Below are positions 29,279-37,028 of a stretch of DNA of 50,326 nucleotides, in pieces. Numbering within the stretch: position 1 is the first letter of the stretch; the number at the start of each line of letters is the position of its first letter. Origin of the DNA: Ignavibacteriota bacterium. GTDB lineage: Bacteria > Bacteroidota > Ignavibacteria > UBA10030. The notes under the pieces are model-generated. The model did no database searches. It saw nothing but the letters and a program-made list of their open reading frames with translations, and was not told the DNA's origin. Location: NCBI GenBank assembly GCA_003142475.1, contig PLMK01000028.1, positions 1,430-51,755 of the forward strand. The letters are read 5' to 3'. The position numbers and the translations under genes are program-made.

Positions 29279-29815
29279 TTACCATCCTGCGACTGTGTCG
29301 TTTAGAATATCTTCTGTTAATTTTCTGACCGCATCCGTTACCCCTCCGCTGCGCTGCGTCAACCCACCGCCTGAAGGATAATCTCCCCAACTGCTAAAAC
29401 TTTTTTCCCATACTTTTTTACGAAGTTTCAAATCCTGAAATGTCATACGTACCGTAACCGTTATGCGTCGTTGTGCAACCTGTTCACCGCCTTGCAGTAC
29501 CGCTGGTACATCTGTCACATCGGTTATCACGCCTTCGAGCATAGAATCTGCTGTATTGCGATCCGTCAGTTGGAGTGTATTGTCACTCGTAAATAAAGCC
29601 ACCAATTGATTTGTAAATGTCGTCCGAAGTGATGGATCGCCATATGGGCTGGCGTCTTCCACAACAGGAATTGCAATTGTTTTCAAATGCGGCGGGACTG
29701 ATCCGCCTTTAAAAGAATAAGTACATCCAACGATTAGCAATGAATAGTGAATAATGATTAATGAAAATAGAAAAAGGCGTGTTCTTTTCCCAATTATTTT
29801 TTTTTCATTTTTCAT
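29279..29815 (-). CDS. lptE: LptE-family lipoprotein
   Basis: Lipobox LIVGC followed by TYSFKGGSVPPHLKTIAIP; ends ILNDTVAGW; follows the bEBP gene. Confidence 0.75.
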   Translation of the reverse strand: MKNEKKIIGKRTRLFLFSLIIIHYSLLIVGCTYSFKGGSVPPHLKTIAIPVVEDASPYGDPSLRTTFTNQLVALFTSDNTLQLTDRNTADSMLEGVITDVTDVPAVLQGGEQVAQRRITVTVRMTFQDLKLRKKVWEKSFSSWGDYPSGGGLTQRSGGVTDAVRKLTEDILNDTVAGW

Positions 29816-30933
29816 TGAAGTCCAAAATCTTTAATTTTTCTGTATAATGTTCGCTCGCTAATATTCAATTCTTTTGCTGCAAGCCGGCGATTTCCTTTAT
29901 TTCGATCAAGCGAGCCGGAAATCATCCGTCGTTCCATTTCGTCCATCGTTAGAATACCGTTACCTTTATGCGGTTGTGTGTGATTGATTTGCGAGTCATT
30001 TGCACCGGATAATTGTCCAGTTAGCAGTTCTTTCATTTCAATAATATTTGATTTTAGATCAACTAACGCGCGATATATTAGTTCGCGTTCTGCTTGCTCA
30101 ACAGTTTTATTTGATACAACCGGCAGATTCCGTTCTGTTAATACCGATGGCTGCTCACGAAGATATTTTCTAACGTCGTACCCGTCAATTCGTTTCCCGC
30201 TTTCCAGAACAAGCATGCTTTCAACAGTATTTCGTAATTCACGGATATTTCCCGGCCAGCTATAACTCATCAACAATTCGGTCGCATTATCAGTAAATCC
30301 GCCAAATTGAATTTTATTCTTTTCAGATATTTCTTTAACAAACCGCTCAACAAGCGAAGGAATATCTTCCTTCCTGTTGCGTAGCGGCGGTAAATAAATA
30401 TTTACAGAACGCAATCGATAATATAAATCAGGACGAAAATGCTTTTGCTGAACTTCGTATTCCAGCAATTTGTTCGTCGCCGCTATTACACGTGCATCTG
30501 TACTGCGTGCCACAGAAGAACCGACCCTTATGTACTCACCACTTTCCAGCACACGTAATAATTTAACTTGCGTAGAGAGCGGCATCTCGCCAATTTCATC
30601 AAGAAAAATCGTTCCGCCATCTGCAATCTCAAAATAACCGCGACGCATATCTGCGGCACTGGTGAACGCGCCTTTTTCATGTCCGAATAGCTCGCTTTCA
30701 ATCAACCCTTCCGGAATTGCGCCGCAGTTCACCGGCACAAGGGCATGTTGTGAACGCTTGCTTGCACCGTGAATTGCTTTAGCAATAATTTCCTTGCCAG
30801 TGCCACTCTCTCCTGAAATCAGCACAGTAATATCTGTCGGAGCTACTTGTTGAACAACATCAACAATTTCTTGCATCTCCGGCGATTTCCCAATAATGCC
30901 GTATGTTTGCTGAAATCCTTCCCGATTCATCAA
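29812..30933 (-). CDS. Sigma54-dependent AAA+ activator (bEBP) with Fis HTH and no regulatory domain
   Basis: GESGTGKE, ESELFGHEKGAFTSA, FLDEIGE, WPGNIREL, LNISERTLYRK. Confidence 0.92.
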   Translation of the reverse strand: MMNREGFQQTYGIIGKSPEMQEIVDVVQQVAPTDITVLISGESGTGKEIIAKAIHGASKRSQHALVPVNCGAIPEGLIESELFGHEKGAFTSAADMRRGYFEIADGGTIFLDEIGEMPLSTQVKLLRVLESGEYIRVGSSVARSTDARVIAATNKLLEYEVQQKHFRPDLYYRLRSVNIYLPPLRNRKEDIPSLVERFVKEISEKNKIQFGGFTDNATELLMSYSWPGNIRELRNTVESMLVLESGKRIDGYDVRKYLREQPSVLTERNLPVVSNKTVEQAERELIYRALVDLKSNIIEMKELLTGQLSGANDSQINHTQPHKGNGILTMDEMERRMISGSLDRNKGNRRLAAKELNISERTLYRKIKDFGLQ

Positions 30934-31637
30934 CGTGAAACAACTATCGATGTTAGATTAAATTTACTTTTGATTTCTGCATTAAATCGCCGCGCTTCAT
31001 CATAAGTCTGAAATTCACCCACCCAAACTTTGTGCAGTTTTTTACCATGGCTGACGATAGTGAAGATGTTCGATTGAAATCCTTCTTTCTCGAATTTTGC
31101 TTTCAGTTCGCCTGCGTTTTGAAGCGTTGAAAACGCGCCAACTTGCACAGTGAAGTTTGTTGCAAATTTCGGCACAGTTCCTTTGGGTTTCATCACAGTT
31201 GGCTTTTCTTTCGCTGCTTGCTTTTCTTCTACTACCAGGTTTTTTTCTGTTGCATATGCGGAGAAAGGATATTCTTCTTTTAATTGTGTCAATTTTTGAT
31301 CGGCAGTTTTATATAAACCGATAGAATAATAATATTGATAAAGTTTGTAGAGCGCATCATCGCCCCATTCACTTTTGGGAAAATTATCCACAATATTCTG
31401 ATATAGTTTTGCTGCTTCCGAGCCATCCGTAGTCAGCACTGCTTGTAAATACATTACACCAGGATTGTTTTGATAGTTTGTCATAAGTGATGGAAGCTCG
31501 GCTCGCACTGCTTCCGCTTGGCCTTTTTCGATCATTTCGAGACGATGTCGAATATCGGGTTCACTACTGTTCGTCTGCGCAAAAAGCACCGATATAAAAA
31601 TAATCGAAATGATAAACGTCTTAATAAGTATTCTCAT
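30930..31637 (-). CDS. Secreted TPR + SPOR domain protein
   Basis: Signal peptide, TPR-like IVDNFPKSEWGDDALY, C-terminal SPOR VQVGAFS..NA...VWVGEF. Confidence 0.82.
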   Translation of the reverse strand: MRILIKTFIISIIFISVLFAQTNSSEPDIRHRLEMIEKGQAEAVRAELPSLMTNYQNNPGVMYLQAVLTTDGSEAAKLYQNIVDNFPKSEWGDDALYKLYQYYYSIGLYKTADQKLTQLKEEYPFSAYATEKNLVVEEKQAAKEKPTVMKPKGTVPKFATNFTVQVGAFSTLQNAGELKAKFEKEGFQSNIFTIVSHGKKLHKVWVGEFQTYDEARRFNAEIKSKFNLTSIVVSR

Positions 31638-31641
31638 GGCA

Positions 31642-32994
31642 TTAATCTTCCTTTGTGGTAAACATAGCTAATTGGGGAAGCGCATATCCGGTTTTCGTGC
31701 CAAATAATGTTGCTGAATTTACTCTTTCAATACGAATGCCAAGGTAATCACCGATATTATCGCCGTTTTTGGGAAAGATCACCATTTTATTTGTATCTGT
31801 TCTACCGCAAAACTCGTTAGCGGATTTTTTACTCAATCCTTCGACAAGAACTTCCACTGTATTGCCAATTATTGTTGTGTTTCGCCGAAGTGAAATATTT
31901 CGCTGAAGTTCAATAATTTCACTGAGCCGACGATTCTTTACTTCTTCAGGAATATCATCGCCCATTCGCCATGCTTTTGTGTTCTCCCGTGGAGAATATT
32001 TAAATGTGTAAGCACCGTCAAATTCTACTTCCTGTAATAAATCTAATGTTATCTTGTGGTCGTCTTCTGTCTCGGTCGGAAATCCTGAAATAATATCAGT
32101 GGACAGACTAATATCTGGAATATTTTTTTTGATTCTACGAACTAAATTAAAATACTGATCTCGTGTATAAGTTCGGTTCATCAATTCTAAAATTCTATTT
32201 GAGCCGGATTGCACAGGCAGGTGAATATAATTACAAATGTTATTCCGCGATGCAATAGCATCAATGAGCTTATCCGACATATCTTGTGGATGTGAAGTCA
32301 TGAATCTTATACGCATTTTTTTATCTACACTTGCAACCTTGACAAGTAAATCTGCAAAGTCGAATTCACCATCGCTGTATGAGTTTACATTCTGACCAAG
32401 CAGTGTTACTTCCTTAAATCCTCGGCGTGAAAGATCTTCCATTTCTAGCACAATAGATGCTAATGAACGACTTCGTTCACGGCCGCGTGTGAACGGCACA
32501 ACACAGTAAGTGCAAAATTTATCACAGCCACGCATAATGGAAACCCAAGCACTGAATCCATCGGTGCGGAATGGATCAATGTCATCGTACTTTTCTACGC
32601 GAGAAAGTTTCACAGCAATTCCTTTTTCACCACTAACAGCCGCATCGATAAGCGCAGGCAGCTTGCGGTATTCATCCGGTCCTACAACGAGATCAACAAA
32701 ATCTCCCAACTCCATCAACTCTTTGCAAACACGCTTTGCCATGCACCCCAGCACACCAACTATAACATTGGGATTCGCTTTCTTGTAATGATTAAAATCA
32801 CCAAGCCGCCCGATGATTCGCTGTTCGGCGTTATCGCGCACAGCACAGGTGTTCACCAGAACAACGTCTGCGTTTGACAGTGTTTCAGTACGGATAAAAC
32901 CAGCTTTGTTTATAATGCTGAGGACAATTTCCGTATCCGCCATGTTCATCTGACAGCCGTATGTTTCAATATATACACTACGGTTTGCTTGCAT
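31642..32994 (-). CDS. miaB: tRNA-2-methylthio-N6-dimethylallyladenosine synthase
   Basis: TYGCQMN, NTCAVR, GCMA, radical SAM CDKFCTYC, TSHP, C-terminal TRAM domain. Confidence 0.96.
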   Translation of the reverse strand: MQANRSVYIETYGCQMNMADTEIVLSIINKAGFIRTETLSNADVVLVNTCAVRDNAEQRIIGRLGDFNHYKKANPNVIVGVLGCMAKRVCKELMELGDFVDLVVGPDEYRKLPALIDAAVSGEKGIAVKLSRVEKYDDIDPFRTDGFSAWVSIMRGCDKFCTYCVVPFTRGRERSRSLASIVLEMEDLSRRGFKEVTLLGQNVNSYSDGEFDFADLLVKVASVDKKMRIRFMTSHPQDMSDKLIDAIASRNNICNYIHLPVQSGSNRILELMNRTYTRDQYFNLVRRIKKNIPDISLSTDIISGFPTETEDDHKITLDLLQEVEFDGAYTFKYSPRENTKAWRMGDDIPEEVKNRRLSEIIELQRNISLRRNTTIIGNTVEVLVEGLSKKSANEFCGRTDTNKMVIFPKNGDNIGDYLGIRIERVNSATLFGTKTGYALPQLAMFTTKED

Positions 32995-33166
32995 TTCAGT
33001 CTTTTTGATGAATCATGATAATGAAACAATGGCAGACTCACAACAATTCACATACATGATTAATGTTAATTAATCTTAAAGAAATTGTTGATGTTTTAGC
33101 CCTTAACCTATTGTCGTATTGCCAAATCGGCAGGGTTTAATCCTTTTTTTAACTAGTTTTTGGGGA

Positions 33167-33195
33167 TTGATTGAACGCAAATGCTGTTGTATATT
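33167..33195 (+). promoter_or_regulatory. sigma70-type promoter for pta
   Basis: TTGATT-17 nt-TATATT. Confidence 0.6.
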
Positions 33196-33284
33196 GAAGA
33201 GAATTAAAAATATATGAATTCCATTGGCTCATAGTGAAATACTTTTAACACCTATAACTTGAAAAACAAATAAGAAAGCAACAT

Positions 33285-34265
33285 ATGGCAAAAATTATTG
33301 ATGAAATAAGAGCAAAAGCAAAACAACTCAAGAAGCATATTGTTCTCCCCGACGCAATGGACGAGCGCGCAATCCAGGCGGCACGTATCATTTTAGATGA
33401 ACAAATTGCAACCATTTCTCTCGTCGGCAACGAAGAAGCAATTCGTGCCAAGGCACAACAGATAGGTGTCGGTTTGGAGAAAATATATATAGTGGATCCT
33501 GAAAAATCAGAAAAGCTGACAGACTTCACTAATATATTTTTCAATCTCCGTAAAGCGAAAGGAATTCAGTTTGAACAAGCACTAGAGACTATGAAGCTTC
33601 CCCTTTTTTTTGGAGCAATGATGGTTCGCGAAGAAATGGTAGATGGAAGTGTTGCTGGATCGCTCTCGACCACAAGTGATGTGATTCGTGCAGGAATTCA
33701 AATTGTTGGAATGCCTGCCGGGATTGCAGTTGCATCGAGTTTTTTCTTAATGGTTTTACCGCATATAACTTATTCATATGCTGATTGCGGAGTAGTACCA
33801 GAACCAACAGCAGAACAACTTGCAGATATTGCAATTTCCACAGCAGCGAATCATCGCAAGCTGACAGGCGAAGAACCGCGTGTTGCGATGCTTTCATTTT
33901 CGACAAAAGGAAGTGCTTCACATCCTTGCATAGAAAAAGTACAGAAGGCAACTTCAATCGCAAAAATGAAAAAGCCCGACCTTATTATCGATGGAGAATT
34001 GCAGTTTGATGCTGCTGTTGTTCCTTCCGTTAGCGCAAAGAAAGCTCCAGGTAGTCCGGTTGCCGGCTCAGCTAATGTCTTTATTTTTCCAAATTTAGAT
34101 GCCGGAAATATCAGCTACAAGATAACGCAGCGGTTAGCCGGGGCAGAAGCATTTGGCCCGATTATTCAAGGTTTAAAGAGACCATGCTACGATTTGTCGC
34201 GCGGATGTAGTGTTAGCGACATTGTGACTATGGTTGCGATTAACTCTGTCGCAGGAGCTGTTTAA
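33285..34265 (+). CDS. pta: Phosphate acetyltransferase (short form)
   Basis: SSFFLM, ADCG, MLSFSTKGSA, DGELQFDAA, FPNLDAGNISYK, DLSRGCS. Confidence 0.94.
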   Translation: MAKIIDEIRAKAKQLKKHIVLPDAMDERAIQAARIILDEQIATISLVGNEEAIRAKAQQIGVGLEKIYIVDPEKSEKLTDFTNIFFNLRKAKGIQFEQALETMKLPLFFGAMMVREEMVDGSVAGSLSTTSDVIRAGIQIVGMPAGIAVASSFFLMVLPHITYSYADCGVVPEPTAEQLADIAISTAANHRKLTGEEPRVAMLSFSTKGSASHPCIEKVQKATSIAKMKKPDLIIDGELQFDAAVVPSVSAKKAPGSPVAGSANVFIFPNLDAGNISYKITQRLAGAEAFGPIIQGLKRPCYDLSRGCSVSDIVTMVAINSVAGAV

Positions 34266-35473
34266 CGAACGCGCTTCCAAGAGCGGAGCGCACACATCAC
34301 ACCTGGAGCGAAGGCAAAGGGCGGTACGCATTTCTCGATTTGTACCGAGGAATTATCGTGCTTTTCATGCTCGAAGGACATGTGTTGCGCGAACTGCTCA
34401 CTCCAGATATCAAGGCAACGCAATTCTTTACATTCCATGAAGTTTTCCACGGTGTTACAGCGCCGGGATTCCTTTTTGCTGCGGGGTTTACTTTTGCCAT
34501 TGCTACCCAACGTCGATGGGAAGAATCTATAGCATTCACTCATGGATTCTTCCGGCGAATGTGGCGAGCAATATTGCTAATTCTTATTGGCTATGCGCTA
34601 CACATTCCGTTTCTTTCTCTTCAGAAAACGCTTGTAATAGCAAATCTAGAGCAATTGAATGCTTTTTTTGTTTTCGATGTGCTTCAATGTATCGGTATGT
34701 ATTTACTGATGATGCGTATATTGCTGGTAATGTTGAGACAGGAAAAGTTGTTTATTGGCACTTTGTTAGCATTGCTCCTCGCATTCGTTTATGCAACACC
34801 GTTGTTTTGGACAGCGCAGGCACAGCAAATAATGCCTCTGATTGTTTCATCGGCAATCAATGGATTGGCCGGATCACCGTTTCCATTGTTTCCTTATACT
34901 GGATTTCTTATTGCGGGCACGTGCGTATCTTGGCTTTTTTTGCGCGTTGGACAAGACAAACACCAAGAATTGTTCATTAAGTGGCTGATGCTTGCTGGTG
35001 TAATACTTATCGTAGTTGGTACGCTTATCGATGCTTTACCGGTGCAAACGTACATACAAGATAATTTTTGGAGTACCAGTCCAAATTACTTTTGGATTAG
35101 ATTGGGTATATTGTTGTTAATGCTGGGTGCACTTTGGTACATCGAAGATTTTTTTTCTATACATAGCGATACAATTGTATGGATGCCAAAGTGGTTGACT
35201 ATTCTCGGTATCGAATCGCTATTTGTGTACATCGCTCACTTGATTATTCTCTGTGGATGGGCAACAAATACTCAATACAATCTGCGTGCATGGTGGGGCG
35301 GCAAACTCAATATTATCGAAGTAACTCTCGTGTTCCTCGAACTTACTCTATTGATGATACCGTTTTCTTTTGCCTGGCATCATCTCAAAAAGAAACATCC
35401 AAAACTAATGAGAGGTATTTTTTGGTGGATCGGTTTTTGCTTAACGTGGTCGTTTCTCTTTAATCCTTATTAA
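34265..35473 (+). CDS. Polytopic membrane acyltransferase-like protein (HGSNAT/DUF1624-like); start uncertain (ACG 34265 or TTG 34340)
   Basis: RYAFLDLYRG...MLEGH, FDVLQCIG, FPLFPY, SLFVYIAH; about 10 TM segments. Confidence 0.75.
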   Translation, partial: TNALPRAERTHHTWSEGKGRYAFLDLYRGIIVLFMLEGHVLRELLTPDIKATQFFTFHEVFHGVTAPGFLFAAGFTFAIATQRRWEESIAFTHGFFRRMWRAILLILIGYALHIPFLSLQKTLVIANLEQLNAFFVFDVLQCIGMYLLMMRILLVMLRQEKLFIGTLLALLLAFVYATPLFWTAQAQQIMPLIVSSAINGLAGSPFPLFPYTGFLIAGTCVSWLFLRVGQDKHQELFIKWLMLAGVILIVVGTLIDALPVQTYIQDNFWSTSPNYFWIRLGILLLMLGALWYIEDFFSIHSDTIVWMPKWLTILGIESLFVYIAHLIILCGWATNTQYNLRAWWGGKLNIIEVTLVFLELTLLMIPFSFAWHHLKKKHPKLMRGIFWWIGFCLTWSFLFNPY

Positions 35474-35572
35474 TCCAAAAATCTTGAGAGCAAATTCCCT
35501 TAGGATCAATGCTGAACATTTGCAAACACATTGCTTATAGCTGAACACACACGCTGTGTTGGACTTGTACAA

Positions 35573-36601
35573 CTATTCTTTCGTTCTTGCGAGACGCTCT
35601 TCCTGTAATATCAACCGCAGGGAAATCCGATGTGTATTCCCAAGGTTATTTGTTTCGTCGAATTGAGCAAAAGAATAATCGATATCTATCTTGCGCAGAT
35701 GAATCCCAGCACCAAGTGTCAGTTGCTTTATATCATTGTAACCAACACGCAGTGCAATAGACTTTTTGAAATCAAATTCAAGTCCTATATGCGGATCAAA
35801 ACTAACGGGACCAAGGTGAGCAATAGAGGCGAACTGGCGATTCTCAAATCGAATGTCCACATCTGTAGTTGGCGCAAACCGTCCACCAAAAAGTTCTATA
35901 AAGTATGTGGTTCCTACTTTTAGAGTCGGTGAAATCAATTCATTAGTACCTGTGGACCACGCTACCAGCGTTGTAGTAATGTCTTGAGCATTTACTGCGA
36001 CATACCAGTTATTCTTCGGAGAATAAAGCATTCCAACATCAAAACCGATACCTGTAGCTGAATACTCTGCCAGAGTTCTCCGAATTACCTTCAAATTGAA
36101 TCCATACATTAGACTGCTTGCAGAGCGTCGTGCATAAGAAAAGTACATTGCCCAATCTGCTGAATTAAAATAAGTAATTTTACTTTCATCTATCCGTACT
36201 GCATTTGTATATTGATCACGCGGTACCGGATTTCCATTTGCATCAACCCCGGCATCTCTTGTATCTGGGATGCCGTCCACACCAAGACGCATCACACTCA
36301 CGCCAAATGTTGCATTTGTCCCATAAGGAATCGCCACCGCACCGAAATCATAGTTCTCCAAACTGCCAAATCGTTCATCGTGCATAAGTATTGCTTCTGG
36401 ATAATCGATACGTGCAAGTGCTGCCGGATTCCAATATCCAGCCGAAGCATCATTCGCGAGTGCTGCATAAGCACCGCCAAGTCCCAGTGCGCGGCCGCCA
36501 ACACCAATGGAAAGAAACTCGCCTGCATATTTTGCAATATGTTGCGATGATGCATATTGTCCAACAAGCATCATCAGTAGAATTATTTTTAGAATCTTCA
36601 T
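35573..36601 (-). CDS. PorV/PorQ-family outer-membrane beta-barrel
   Basis: Signal peptide from ATG 36601 (GGTGGAG SD); FLSIGVGGRALGLGGA...DASAGYWNPA, GFDVG, LRVGY, LGNTHRIS. Confidence 0.82.
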   Translation of the reverse strand: MKILKIILLMMLVGQYASSQHIAKYAGEFLSIGVGGRALGLGGAYAALANDASAGYWNPAALARIDYPEAILMHDERFGSLENYDFGAVAIPYGTNATFGVSVMRLGVDGIPDTRDAGVDANGNPVPRDQYTNAVRIDESKITYFNSADWAMYFSYARRSASSLMYGFNLKVIRRTLAEYSATGIGFDVGMLYSPKNNWYVAVNAQDITTTLVAWSTGTNELISPTLKVGTTYFIELFGGRFAPTTDVDIRFENRQFASIAHLGPVSFDPHIGLEFDFKKSIALRVGYNDIKQLTLGAGIHLRKIDIDYSFAQFDETNNLGNTHRISLRLILQEERLARTKE

Positions 36602-36615
36602 GCTCCACCTAAGAC

Positions 36616-36645
36616 AAAAAAACCCGACAATGTGCATCGGGGTTT
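36616..36645 (-). terminator. Terminator-like hairpin inside the 5' leader of the porV-like gene
   Basis: Minus strand AAACCCCGA-TGCACATTG-TCGGG-TTTTTTT, ending ~15 nt before the ATG. Confidence 0.6.
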
Positions 36646-36776
36646 GATGAACGAACTCTCTCTATCGTTGCGTGATTTGGTTGATGACAACGTTCGAGAT
36701 AAGTTACGATGCAAAAAACAGCACAGCACAACTTTCTCACAATTGTCTATACGCGGCATTCCTTTCTATATGTAAT

Positions 36777-36805
36777 AATGTAGAAGATTCTATGAAGAGA
36801 ATCAA
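36777..36805 (-). promoter_or_regulatory. sigma70-type promoter for the porV-like leader
   Basis: TTGATT-17 nt-TACATT on the minus strand. Confidence 0.55.
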
Positions 36806-36914
36806 GGTTAACGGTTCAAATTATTGTAGCCCATTGACCCAAATATGAACTATCCCTAAGTAGCTTATTTCGATAATGTGTAGGATCACATCATGTTCTT
36901 CTAATTTAAGCAAT

Positions 36915-36968
36915 TAAGAGAGTTCCATCAAGGGTAGTGAACTCATAAAACCAGGTGGAACTCTCTTA
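36915..36968. repeat. Perfect 13-bp inverted repeat with a 28-nt spacer
   Basis: TAAGAGAGTTCCA (36915-36927) / TGGAACTCTCTTA (36956-36968). Confidence 0.85.
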
Positions 36969-37028
36969 CAGAAAATGAGTTTGGTAAATAGTTTCTCCAA
37001 AATTTTGGTTGTACAAAATTCAAATATC

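Noticed and set aside
4551-29805. Other 9-nt homopolymers in fni (4551), ccsA (16557) and lptE (29797)
   Set aside because: All are in frame, with no domain boundary or precedent for recoding. They do show that long runs occur by chance here, which tempers the dnaX claim.
31384-31392. Perfect DnaA box TTATCCACA
   Set aside because: A single copy inside a CDS; no box cluster, so this is not oriC.
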